A stretch of 32,000 bases of DNA from Alteromonas phage vB_AcoS-R7M, in the sequence record MT345684.1; one strand, given 5' to 3'. A program made the position numbers and the translations under genes. This document shows positions 1 to 9,646 of this stretch, piece by piece (position 1 is the stretch's first letter; each line of letters opens with the position of its first letter). The notes under the pieces were generated by a model, which was not told where the DNA came from, did not search any database, and was given only the letters and a program-made list of their open reading frames with translations.

Positions 1-2192
1 CCAGTGCGTCGGCGGGACTCTCAAAACTAATAAACGTAACCCGCGAGTTTGAAGTCCTGAATGCACAGTTAGTAACCGCAACAGGGTCCGCGGAGAACGC
101 TGCGACTGCCATGCAGGCCATTCAGGACTTCGCTTCTAATACCCCATATGATCTCCAACAGGTTACAACAGCTTTCACAAAGCTTGTTAACTTAGGCTTA
201 ACACCGTCTGAACGTGCGCTAACTTCTTACGGCGATACAGCTTCCGCAATGGGTAAAGACCTCGACCAATTAATTGAGGCGGTTGCGGATGCTGCTACAG
301 GGGAATTCGAACGACTTAAAGAGTTTGGTATACGTGCCAGTTCTGAGGGTGAAAACGTATCGTTTACGTTTAGGGGTATAACCACAACCGTTAAGAAAGA
401 AGCGGGTGCAATTGAAGAATACCTCACCCAACTCGGCGAAAATAATTTTGCTGGTGCAATGGCTGAGCGTATGCAGACACTTGACGGTGCGCTGTCCAAC
501 CTTGGGGATCAGTGGGATTTAGTTTTCAAGAACATTTCCGAACAGGGGATTGGTGAAGCTGCAACGGATGGTATTCGTGAGGCAATAAGCGCTCTTGAGG
601 ATTTTAATGCTTATTTAGCGTCAGGTGAATTCGAGATTCGCATGGGTGCTATAAAGCAATTGTTCCGCGGATTGGGTGAAGATGCAGATGAAGGGTTAAA
701 CCAAGTAACCGAACTGTTTGGGGAAAGCGCGTCAGATTGGCTTGAAGCAATAAATGACTTTGCTAGGGACTACACCCGTATGTGGGCGTTCCTACCTGTT
801 AACGCCAGGGCGTACATCGGATCGGCAGCTGAATACATCCGTTATTTTGTGGAGCAGGCTAAAATTATAGCTCCACAAATGGTTGACGAATTCGTTCTTG
901 CGTATAAGGAAATTTACGAAACTGCTTTGGTGTATGGTAAAGCCGCTGCAGACGCAATCAACCCGTTCAGTGACGGCAGCTTTGACCTTGAAACTGAACT
1001 GGCTAAAGCAACGGCAAGCATTACCAGCCAGCAAGAAGAACTTAAAAAGTCAAACCAAGAACGCTCAACAGCATTGCAAGAAACTCGGGACGCTAACATT
1101 AAAGCTATATTTGATGAGCGCGACGCAGATATTGCAGCATTTGACGCACGTATTGAAGCCGCTGAGGTTGCGCGTAAGTCATATGAAGCAGCACAAAAGG
1201 CTCGCTCTCAAGCAGGCGGTGACCGCTTAGAGGGTTTTGGTGTTGGTGCTGACACAAGCGACGAAGATTCTAAGCCTAGCACAGGTACTGAAAAGGAATT
1301 TGAAAAGCTTATAAAAGGTCTGCAAACGGAAGAAGAAAGCATTGCTGAAAGCTACCGCAGACGCAGACAAATAATCCTTGATAATACCGAAGAGAATGCC
1401 CGTGCTCGTGCTGACCTCCTTGAAAAGCTAAACGAACAACTACGCGAAGACACTTTGGTCAACGACGGGGTTACGGATTACGATTCCCAGCTTAACGCGC
1501 TTAATGAGTTCTATGAGCGTCGCAAGGAAATGATTCTTGAGCTTACAGAGCTTACTGAAGAAGAGCGGACTGAACTTGAGGAAGAATTAGAAGCAGAGCG
1601 TCTTGCACGACTTGAGGAAATGGAACTAGCACGTCAGGCGGTAATTCTTAAGGGTACGTCGGACATACTTGGTTCCGCTGCAGAACTTACCAAAACGTTC
1701 GCCGGTGAGCAATCGGGTGTATATAAAGCTCTGTTTGCAGCTTCGAAAGCGTTTGCGGTAGCTGAGTCCATAGTTAAAATAACGCAAGGTATCGCGAGTG
1801 CAGCCGCTTTACCTTTCCCCGCTAACTTACCCGCCATGGCTACGGTTGCAGCGAGCACAATGGGGCTGGTAAGCACTATTCAGGGTACACAACTTAACTT
1901 TGCAGGAGCATACGACGAAGGGGGTAACATTCCTCTGGGTTCTTATGGTATTGTTGGGGAATACGGGCCTGAAATTGTTAAAGGGCCTGCAAACGTAACC
2001 AGCAGAGAAGACACGATGAAAATGCTCCAGTCCGCAAATGAACCACGCGCTAATGCGGTGCAAAACTATTACAATAACTTTGCTCCAACTATACAAGCGG
2101 ACCGGAACGGTTTTGTTCGCCCTGAGTCCATTAAACAGGTTGAGGCAGCGGCTTTCCGCGGGTATCAGCGAGCTCACAGGAGTGTAGCGTAA
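1..2192 (+). CDS. phage tail tape measure protein, C-terminal part (5' end outside window)
   Basis: Frame is open from nt 3 with no stop before the listed Met at 111. Residues such as ATAMQAIQDFASNTPYDLQQVTTAFTKLVNLGLTPSERAL...DGALSNLGDQWDLVFKNI are typical of lambda-like tape measure proteins. Long alanine/glutamate-rich coiled coil follows. Confidence 0.88.
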   Translation, partial: SASAGLSKLINVTREFEVLNAQLVTATGSAENAATAMQAIQDFASNTPYDLQQVTTAFTKLVNLGLTPSERALTSYGDTASAMGKDLDQLIEAVADAATGEFERLKEFGIRASSEGENVSFTFRGITTTVKKEAGAIEEYLTQLGENNFAGAMAERMQTLDGALSNLGDQWDLVFKNISEQGIGEAATDGIREAISALEDFNAYLASGEFEIRMGAIKQLFRGLGEDADEGLNQVTELFGESASDWLEAINDFARDYTRMWAFLPVNARAYIGSAAEYIRYFVEQAKIIAPQMVDEFVLAYKEIYETALVYGKAAADAINPFSDGSFDLETELAKATASITSQQEELKKSNQERSTALQETRDANIKAIFDERDADIAAFDARIEAAEVARKSYEAAQKARSQAGGDRLEGFGVGADTSDEDSKPSTGTEKEFEKLIKGLQTEEESIAESYRRRRQIILDNTEENARARADLLEKLNEQLREDTLVNDGVTDYDSQLNALNEFYERRKEMILELTELTEEERTELEEELEAERLARLEEMELARQAVILKGTSDILGSAAELTKTFAGEQSGVYKALFAASKAFAVAESIVKITQGIASAAALPFPANLPAMATVAASTMGLVSTIQGTQLNFAGAYDEGGNIPLGSYGIVGEYGPEIVKGPANVTSREDTMKMLQSANEPRANAVQNYYNNFAPTIQADRNGFVRPESIKQVEAAAFRGYQRAHRSVA

Positions 2193-2806
2193 TGTTTATC
2201 GAGGAACGTTTTCCAACAGCTATCAGCTATGGTTCTGCTGGCGGTCCAACTTATAACACCACAATTGTTGACGGTTTATCTGGTGTTAAGTCAAAGAATA
2301 TCAACTGGCAATACCCTCTGCATAAGTATGACGCGGTATACGGTATTAAAACTATCGACGAAATGTACCAGCTTCTGGAGTTCTTCCATATTGCTCAGGG
2401 GAGAGCGCATGTGTTTCGCTATAAGGATTGGGCGGATTACAACAGCGTAATTCCTGGACACGCAACTTCAGCGTTTGATCAGCTTATAGGGGTTGGCGAT
2501 GGTAGCAACAGGAACTTCCAGATTGTAAAGCAGTATGGAGTCGGGTCGTACACAAAAAGCAGGATTATAACTAAACCCGTTTCAGGAACTTTAAAAGTGT
2601 CTGTTAACGGGTCAGTTACGAGCGCCTATACTGTCAACGACATGGGTGTTATTACGTTTACCTCTGCTCCCGCAAATGGTGTCGATGTGCGTTGTGGTTA
2701 TGAATTTGATATTCCCGCAGCATTTGACACAGACTCGCTGTCCAGTTCCTATGAGCAATACCAGAACTTAAGCTGTACTGTACCAATTGTGGAAGAGCGC
2801 ATATGA
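2192..2806 (+). CDS. DUF2460 family distal tail protein (GTA gp12-like)
   Basis: MFIEERFPTAISYGSAGGPTYNTTIVDGLSG...FFHIAQGRAHVFRYKDWADY; starts by TAATG overlap with the upstream stop. Confidence 0.85.
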   Translation: MFIEERFPTAISYGSAGGPTYNTTIVDGLSGVKSKNINWQYPLHKYDAVYGIKTIDEMYQLLEFFHIAQGRAHVFRYKDWADYNSVIPGHATSAFDQLIGVGDGSNRNFQIVKQYGVGSYTKSRIITKPVSGTLKVSVNGSVTSAYTVNDMGVITFTSAPANGVDVRCGYEFDIPAAFDTDSLSSSYEQYQNLSCTVPIVEERI

Positions 2807-3645
2807 GGAAGGTAGACGCCGCTTTAGAAACTCATCTTGCTCTCAGTGTTCGCACAATGGCAGCGTGTTGGCTAATTGAAATGGTTGACGGAACGTATGA
2901 AGCATACACAAGCCACGACACTGATTTAACTTTTGGAGGGTACACTTTTGTCAGACGTGGTGTATCCCAAACAAACACATCCAGCAAAATGGAAATTGAA
3001 ACCGATAACCTTGAGTTACACGGTATCATTGACCCTCTGGCAAGCTTTGCAACAGTTAACTCCCGCAAGTATGACGACGCTCGAGTTAAAGTATTTGAAG
3101 TTGACTATACAAATCTTCCCGATCAAATTACTACCAGTTCTGTTCTATGGATTAAAATTGGAGTTATTGGGGACGCTTTCTACGAGCGCGGAAAATGGGT
3201 TATGGAAGCAAGGGGTTTCAAGCAGCTTCTTAAACAGACAACGGGCAACAAAACAAGCAGACTTTGCCGAGCTGAGTTTGGCGACGAAAACTGCCGAGCC
3301 GACCTTACTCTTTATAGCCATGCAGGCGTCGTAACTGCCTACAGTGGTAAAACCTTAGTAACCGACATAACCGCTATGGAAGCAAATGCAGCCAAACAGG
3401 GTAAAGTTACCTTTACAGCAAACGACGTGGCGTATGACATTGTTTCCTCAACTGGTGGTTCAATTAACCTAATTGAAGACGTTGACTTCGACCCTGTAGG
3501 TATGAGTGTCCTAGTGGTGCAGGGTTGCAACAAATGGCTTGACGATTGCGAAAAGTACACCAACGCTGTGAACTATTATGGAGAGCCTTATGTCCCAACC
3601 GAAGACGAATGGGCCGCTGGTTATTTCTCAACAATCATTGGTTAA
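2803..3645 (+). CDS. DUF2163 family tail protein (GTA gp13-like)
   Basis: VDAALETHLALSVRTMAACWLIEMVDGTYEAYTSHDTDLTFGGYTF...; gene order DUF2460-DUF2163-NlpC/P60-hub is diagnostic. Confidence 0.85.
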   Translation: MRKVDAALETHLALSVRTMAACWLIEMVDGTYEAYTSHDTDLTFGGYTFVRRGVSQTNTSSKMEIETDNLELHGIIDPLASFATVNSRKYDDARVKVFEVDYTNLPDQITTSSVLWIKIGVIGDAFYERGKWVMEARGFKQLLKQTTGNKTSRLCRAEFGDENCRADLTLYSHAGVVTAYSGKTLVTDITAMEANAAKQGKVTFTANDVAYDIVSSTGGSINLIEDVDFDPVGMSVLVVQGCNKWLDDCEKYTNAVNYYGEPYVPTEDEWAAGYFSTIIG

Positions 3646-4039
3646 TACTGCTCGCAAGTTTATCGATGTTCCCTACCACCATCAGGGAAGAAATTCGGAA
3701 TACGGTTTAGACTGTGTTGGGTACATACTTGCCGTGTATGGTGAGTATGGTTGCGACTTTTCTTTACCTATGGGCTACACCCGAACACCTCGACCCAAGC
3801 AGCTAATTGAAAATCTGGAACGGTACTGCAACAAAGTAACCGAAGCGCGTGTAGGTGATATTGTGGTTATGTGCCCCCGTAAACTGCCCCAACACCTTGC
3901 CCTTTATGTTGGTAACGGGTACATTATTCACAGCTACTCAAGTATTGGTGCAGTTAAGGAGCACCGCCTTGATAATAACTACAATGTTCACTCTTTATAT
4001 AGGCTGAAACCAGATGTCATTTCTATCACCGACGATTAG
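3578..4039 (+). CDS. NlpC/P60 tail-associated cysteine peptidase (GTA gp14-like)
   Basis: DVPYHHQGRNSEYGLDCVGY catalytic Cys motif and LPQHLALYVGNGYIIHSY His motif. The listed start overlaps the upstream gene by 68 nt; a TTG at 3638 is an alternative start. Confidence 0.85.
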   Translation: MESLMSQPKTNGPLVISQQSLVNTARKFIDVPYHHQGRNSEYGLDCVGYILAVYGEYGCDFSLPMGYTRTPRPKQLIENLERYCNKVTEARVGDIVVMCPRKLPQHLALYVGNGYIIHSYSSIGAVKEHRLDNNYNVHSLYRLKPDVISITDD

Positions 4040-7000
4040 ATTACCAAACCAAGAGGGGAGTCGTTTAGACGATTTAAACCCCTCCCCCATTGGTTACGGA
4101 AATCCTATTACCCGCATATGGGGAACAAAGCGTGTAACCACAAAGGCACTGGATCAGTTTCCTATTGTAGAAACTACTCACGTTGAGCAAGTTCGGTCAG
4201 GCGGTAAAGGTGGTGGCTCAACTACCTACAACAATACGACATACACATACTCTGCGACATTTGCAGTATTAATCTGTGACAAACCAATTGCCGGTGTACG
4301 CCGTATTTGGATGAACGGTAAACTGTTCTTTGAGGATACCCCGTATCAGTCGGGTGACGTACTAAACGCCAACCGAGTCGCTCGAAATAAATTCAATATT
4401 TACTATGGTTCACAAGACCAAGACCCCGACCCTGTTTTACAAGCTGTTAGGGGTGACCGGTGTCCTGCTTACAGAGGGAGATCCTACATTGTTTTCAAAG
4501 ATATTGAGTTGGCGGAAGCGGGGAACAGAATCCCTTCGGTGGATGTGGAAGTTATTGAATACGGTGTCGGTGAAAATGGTCTTAAGCCACCTTACCCTTT
4601 TGATACTCCTCTATCTCGTATTGTTGGTGATTTGTGCCTTAGTAGTGGGTTCAAAACTGAAGAATTCGATGTAACCCAATTAACGCAAAAAGTGAAGGGG
4701 TTTAGTGTTGAGGGGGTTACTAAAGCGTCCGAAGTTATTTTGGACCTTATGGAGCTGTTTCATTTCTATCCGGTTGACGATGGTGAGAAGCTGGTGTTCC
4801 AGCAGCAACCAACGCCAATCTACCGAAAGGAACACAACACAAACTGTCTAATAAACGAAGACGGTTACATTTCCAACGCTTATCATTCAACACTAGGTCG
4901 TCAGGGTTACTTCCCCGCTGAAGCTGGTACAAGTGAGGGCCAGTTCATTATGTTACGCGCCGCAATTATGGCGTATAACGAAACGGGTGATCAGCGGTGG
5001 CGCGACCTTGTGGACGTGCTTGTACGCCCATTGGACAAAATGTACAACCAACCAATTCCAGCCACTACAGATACCCTGTACGTTCCGCACTGGCTGTTTG
5101 TGGTCAAGAATGCTGTAACCGCACAAAGCAACACGTTAAACTATACCCTTAAAATGACGCTTAATGGTCTGGATGAGTATAGAGGTTTTATACCAAACGG
5201 CTATCCAGGATACGCGGACCGAATTGTAAGCATTGTCAACGCCTATCCAAACGATGGAACGTTTACTTCGTGGGATAATCCGTTTGCAGGTTTGATCGGA
5301 CACGATGGTTACGGCGCTCCATTACGTACAGGTCCAGGAATTGTGGACGGGCAGAACGGAACTTGGATTTATTACCCAAGCAACGGCAACGGTCAAATAA
5401 ATATCGAAATGAACCTTATCGTTATATACGATTTTGGCCGCTGGTTAGAAATAAGCGAAAACATGGAAGCCTGGCCCCATTGGCGACCTATGGAGCAGGG
5501 TGAGCTTGCATGTGCTGTTGATACTCTACCGTGGGCTTTAGAGTGCTATGAGCTACTCGAAACACTTACAGGTGACGCTAAGTGGACGGCTGCTAAGGAA
5601 ACCACAAAGAACACAATTGACACCGTATTTGATGTGGATGATGGGCGTAACTGGATTGCCAAAACTGCGGGCAGCCCTTTCAACACGCCTGGAACTTATA
5701 TTTCATCCTCACGTGCTGGTTTCAGCGAAGCTAACGTTATTCGCAACAGCGATTTGACGTTAGATATTGTGTATCCTGAAGGTAGCGGTGAAGCGCAATT
5801 TGGTCGGGGTATAACTGATTTCATGCGGGCTAGTGATACGCACATTTCTGTGACGTATACGTGGACGAAAACGATGCAGAGCGTTGTTGCGCCTACAGCT
5901 GACGAAATGTCAACTTATGTCGCTAACGTGCAAGAGAACTTTATTAAGATCTTTTTGCAGTCAGGAAACAATGTTTCTACTGCAACCCGTTATTTTTATA
6001 TGTTAAACCAGAACGACGGCGTTAAGGACATTCCCTTAAGCAGTTTTAAACCGCTGAAAATGGAAGCAAGTGGGATGTGGATACCGGACGAAAGCGCCCC
6101 GGCTTTGGGTGCTTCGGTGACAATTGACGTTGTCGGCTTAATTTATGACGGTACTACGGCAGCGGAACTAAAACTTGAGCGTTATCGCCCAACACCTGAA
6201 ATACAGTTACCGTATACTCCAGGCGCATCTCCTTTTACTGCGAACACTTTGAGCGGTACATTAATTGACTGGCGGGGTGCCCCAGGCGTTGGTTATCAGG
6301 ACGCTATGACTTGGGTTAACCACAACCAACCCGCCAAGCTTGCAAAGATGCTTGATTTTATTGAGGACAGTCAAGACGAATTTGAAAGCCGTTACGGGTC
6401 GCGTGGACCGTTTATCCCTGCTTACGTATGGGATCGCTTTGACAGGCAAGCAACTGGAGCAGCGAACAATACTTGGACGTTCGATTGGGTTGACCCTAAT
6501 AGTGAATGGATCGGGTATACCGCTAGGACTGTCAATGGGTGTGCAATGGCAGGTTATAAAGCGAGCAGCAACCGAGCTTCAGCCATTGCTAGTGATTTCA
6601 TTAACTGGCTTAACAGTGTATGGACAGACCACAATAAATTCATCGTTACTAACCTTCCGGAAACAATTCGAGCTATAGGAAGAAGCGAGGATGTAGAAGT
6701 TGACGAAGTTGTTACGGTTTATAACGGATATGTTTATCAGTGTAGAACGGCAGGGACTACAAACGGGAACGCCCCTACCTACCCGCAGACCCTGTACGCC
6801 ACCGTAAACGACGGTACAGCCGTTTTTGAGTGTGTGGGGTACTCTTACGGCACTGTACCCGCTTATGGCTCGTACGACGAACCACACGCGGCATCCTTGT
6901 TCCTTAGGGGCGCAGCATACCTTCACAAATCAGGTTACGAAACAACCAACTCGCTTGCTATCGTGCAGCGATGCTGGAACTACCTTGAACGTTTGTGGTC

Positions 7001-8600
7001 AAACAGTTACGGTGAGGTTGATAATACATGGTCTCACAACAGCGCGGCGGGTGAATGGTTTGGCTTCTGGTCTGGTGAAATTGTAACAACCTTAAGCCTA
7101 CTGCTTGGTGAGCTGGATTCCGTTCGTTCCGCTGCTGGTATTAGTGCTGCAACTATAAACAGTCGGCTGTCGGATCACATGGGCTGGATTAGCGATAAAG
7201 TACGTGTTGTTGAAGTGCCTAATTTGCTCGAGCAGCTTACAGACGGCGACATGGACGTTACCCGTATTAAAGAAAGTGAGTTACCCCGAAAGGTGGAATT
7301 GACATTTGTATCGAATAACCGCAATGGTGACACTGATACACGCGCTATCGAAAGACGCTCAGCTCGCTCAGTTGAAAAGGAAGATATCACAACTGACTTG
7401 GTTCTCACAGGTGACGAAGCTCTTAAGATAATTTATGTTTACCTGTCAGCGCGTTGGATGCAGCGCATCGAATGGGAAATGGAATTAATGACTACCCGTA
7501 TTCAGCCTGGCGATGTTAGGGAATACGAGGTTGACGGGGTAATACACCAAATGCAGTTCACTGACGTGGATATTCGTGCGGATGGTTACTCCAAAGTTAA
7601 AGCTCTCAAGTACGACCCTTCGGTGTGGACTTTATCAGCAATGTCCAGCGGAGACCCGATTACAAGCATTGGCATTGATTCACCGTCAAGTACTATCCCG
7701 CAGTTTTTGGATATACCGCTTATTGACAGCGAAAATGACGGTCTTGGATATTACACTTATGCAATTCCTACTAAAGCGACTTGGAATGGTGGGTATTTGC
7801 TTGCAAGTGAAAACGATACCACATACGCTGAGGAAGCAACCTACATTGGGCGCCCTCCATATGGTGTAGCGTCGACCGCTTTGCTAGGTAAAAAGCATGA
7901 GTTAATTGACACCGAAAGCCGTCTTACTGTATCAATGAGCCACGGTGAACTTGCAGCTATTACGGATGCAGATTTCTATTCTGGTGCTAACCTTGCGTTA
8001 ATAGGTAACGAAATTATTAATTTCCGTGATGTGCAGATTATAAGTTCGGGGGTTTATGAGTTAAGCCACCTCCGCAGGGGTCTAAAAGGTACTCAGCGCG
8101 AAATGTACAGCCACGGTGAAGGTGAACGATTTGTTCTACTTACTAACGCACTGTCGGTCGCGTATATGCCTGAGTCAGCTATTGGAGTTAACCGTTACTA
8201 TAAGGGACTGTCAATTGGGCAAACCGAGGACGATGTAGACGCTACCCAATACGCGATTCAGGGTATCAAAATGAAGCCACTTGAGCCATTACACCTTAAA
8301 GGACGCAAGCTGGCATCTGAGGTTGTGGTTACATGGATTCGTCAGACTCGGTATAGTGCAACTTGGCGGGACAACGCTGACGCACCATTAGGAGAAAATA
8401 GTGAGCTGTATAATCTCTATTTGCTGGATGCACCTTCTGGTAATGTGCTTTATTCATACACAACTGATAGCCCCCAATTTACTGCTGAGCGTACTTTAAT
8501 AGATAGCTTGTACGGTTCACCAACAGCGCAGATACATGTACGTGTTTGTCAGGTAAGTGATATTGTGGGTGATGGATATTATTCGGAGATAACAATATGA
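4014..8600 (+). CDS. large phage tail hub/tip protein (GTA gp15-like) carrying a ~790-aa internal insertion
   Basis: N-terminal GTA-gp15-like segment (YGNPITRIWGTKRV...FAVLICDKPIAGVRRIWMNGKLFF) and C-terminal segment (ESELPRKVELTFVS...LRRGLKGTQREMYSHGEGERFVLL) flank an unrelated insertion. Confidence 0.85.
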   Translation: MSFLSPTIRLPNQEGSRLDDLNPSPIGYGNPITRIWGTKRVTTKALDQFPIVETTHVEQVRSGGKGGGSTTYNNTTYTYSATFAVLICDKPIAGVRRIWMNGKLFFEDTPYQSGDVLNANRVARNKFNIYYGSQDQDPDPVLQAVRGDRCPAYRGRSYIVFKDIELAEAGNRIPSVDVEVIEYGVGENGLKPPYPFDTPLSRIVGDLCLSSGFKTEEFDVTQLTQKVKGFSVEGVTKASEVILDLMELFHFYPVDDGEKLVFQQQPTPIYRKEHNTNCLINEDGYISNAYHSTLGRQGYFPAEAGTSEGQFIMLRAAIMAYNETGDQRWRDLVDVLVRPLDKMYNQPIPATTDTLYVPHWLFVVKNAVTAQSNTLNYTLKMTLNGLDEYRGFIPNGYPGYADRIVSIVNAYPNDGTFTSWDNPFAGLIGHDGYGAPLRTGPGIVDGQNGTWIYYPSNGNGQINIEMNLIVIYDFGRWLEISENMEAWPHWRPMEQGELACAVDTLPWALECYELLETLTGDAKWTAAKETTKNTIDTVFDVDDGRNWIAKTAGSPFNTPGTYISSSRAGFSEANVIRNSDLTLDIVYPEGSGEAQFGRGITDFMRASDTHISVTYTWTKTMQSVVAPTADEMSTYVANVQENFIKIFLQSGNNVSTATRYFYMLNQNDGVKDIPLSSFKPLKMEASGMWIPDESAPALGASVTIDVVGLIYDGTTAAELKLERYRPTPEIQLPYTPGASPFTANTLSGTLIDWRGAPGVGYQDAMTWVNHNQPAKLAKMLDFIEDSQDEFESRYGSRGPFIPAYVWDRFDRQATGAANNTWTFDWVDPNSEWIGYTARTVNGCAMAGYKASSNRASAIASDFINWLNSVWTDHNKFIVTNLPETIRAIGRSEDVEVDEVVTVYNGYVYQCRTAGTTNGNAPTYPQTLYATVNDGTAVFECVGYSYGTVPAYGSYDEPHAASLFLRGAAYLHKSGYETTNSLAIVQRCWNYLERLWSNSYGEVDNTWSHNSAAGEWFGFWSGEIVTTLSLLLGELDSVRSAAGISAATINSRLSDHMGWISDKVRVVEVPNLLEQLTDGDMDVTRIKESELPRKVELTFVSNNRNGDTDTRAIERRSARSVEKEDITTDLVLTGDEALKIIYVYLSARWMQRIEWEMELMTTRIQPGDVREYEVDGVIHQMQFTDVDIRADGYSKVKALKYDPSVWTLSAMSSGDPITSIGIDSPSSTIPQFLDIPLIDSENDGLGYYTYAIPTKATWNGGYLLASENDTTYAEEATYIGRPPYGVASTALLGKKHELIDTESRLTVSMSHGELAAITDADFYSGANLALIGNEIINFRDVQIISSGVYELSHLRRGLKGTQREMYSHGEGERFVLLTNALSVAYMPESAIGVNRYYKGLSIGQTEDDVDATQYAIQGIKMKPLEPLHLKGRKLASEVVVTWIRQTRYSATWRDNADAPLGENSELYNLYLLDAPSGNVLYSYTTDSPQFTAERTLIDSLYGSPTAQIHVRVCQVSDIVGDGYYSEITI

Positions 8601-9418
8601 CCACAGTAAGATTGGAATTGCCTGAGCTTGCAGATTCGCAGGCGGGTAAATATTTAACACACAACGAAGCACTTAAGAAGCTTGACCTATTTGTTAACGG
8701 TTCACTAATTAGCCGAACCGTGCAAACACCTCCAGGCAGCCCCTACGACGGAATGGCGTATTACGTACCAACCGGCGCCACTGGGGATTGGAGTTCTAAC
8801 GTGGGTTCACTTGCCCATCGCTATAACGGTCAATGGGATTTCTATCCTGTACCGGTGGATCAGAAGTTCTTTATTAACGACGAGGGCGTGAATACACGTT
8901 GGAACGGTTCTTCGTTTAGCGATGAGGAATCTGGTGGCGGTGGTGGAGGTGGTGCTCAAGGGAAAGCCTATGTTGATGTAACCTCTGGGAACCAAACGCT
9001 TAACGCAACTCAGGCAAGCGTACCAGTAATTCAAATTGATGGAACTCCAGGCACAAGCCGAACCATAACGTTACCGGCGCTGGAACAAATGTGGGTTGTG
9101 GCCAACGATTCAAATGCGGGTTGTACCCTGCAGACAGGTTCAGGCGGTACAATATTTCTGGAAGCTGGATATCAGTATGTTATTTTTGGTGATGGGACTG
9201 GTATACGCGCAGCGGTTACAATTGCTCCCCAAGGTCTGAAAATGAATGGGGACTTAATTTTGCCTATTTATACAACTGCATCCGCTCCAGACCCAACGAC
9301 TCGTTATATGGTGTGCATAGGGGTCACCGATGGTGATGGTGGTGACCCTTGCTTAGCTGTTAGTGATGGTGGTGCGTGGAAGCGTGTAGCACTCGGAGCA
9401 ACTATTTCAGCGTCTTAG
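8597..9418 (+). CDS. DUF2793-containing tail protein with poly-glycine linker
   Basis: LELPELADSQAGKYLTHNEALKKLDLFV...PPGSPYDGMAYYVPTGATGDWSS; Gly linker SGGGGGGGAQG separates it from a C-terminal domain. Confidence 0.75.
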   Translation: MTTVRLELPELADSQAGKYLTHNEALKKLDLFVNGSLISRTVQTPPGSPYDGMAYYVPTGATGDWSSNVGSLAHRYNGQWDFYPVPVDQKFFINDEGVNTRWNGSSFSDEESGGGGGGGAQGKAYVDVTSGNQTLNATQASVPVIQIDGTPGTSRTITLPALEQMWVVANDSNAGCTLQTGSGGTIFLEAGYQYVIFGDGTGIRAAVTIAPQGLKMNGDLILPIYTTASAPDPTTRYMVCIGVTDGDGGDPCLAVSDGGAWKRVALGATISAS

Positions 9419-9605
9419 TGCATTCCCTTTGGTAGCGGTTTTGGAAATCCGGCCAGCCGCTATCCTTTTTTGTTTCAATCCATAAATTTACCATTTCACA
9501 ATAGTGCTCACGCTCTGCTTTAATTTCCTTACGAACATAAGCTGTATCAAGATAGCTTGCATAAAGAAGTAATGCTCCGCCAATAACTGACATAATTAGA
9601 ACCAT
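9402..9605 (-). CDS. small protein with one predicted N-terminal transmembrane segment, unknown function
   Basis: ORF 9402..9656; internal Met at 9605 gives MVLIMSVIGGALLLYASYLDTAYVRKEIKAERE... The 3' end overlaps the opposing tail gene by 17 nt. Confidence 0.5.
   Translation of the reverse strand: MVLIMSVIGGALLLYASYLDTAYVRKEIKAEREHYCEMVNLWIETKKDSGWPDFQNRYQRECTKTLK
9431..9471 (+). terminator. candidate rho-independent terminator of the late tail operon
   Basis: GGTAGCGG (9431-9438) pairs with CCGCTATCC (9457-9465, one bulge), followed by TTTTTT (9466-9471); 12 nt after the tail gene stop. Confidence 0.5.
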
Positions 9606-9646
9606 TGTCTCACTTCTTTTATGCTCATTTCTACCGCGTCTTAAAT

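Noticed and set aside
883-1230. 115-aa overlapping ORF in another frame inside the tape measure gene, along with similar + strand ORFs at 2229, 2933, 4405
   Set aside because: Shadow ORFs in alternative frames of strongly supported genes.
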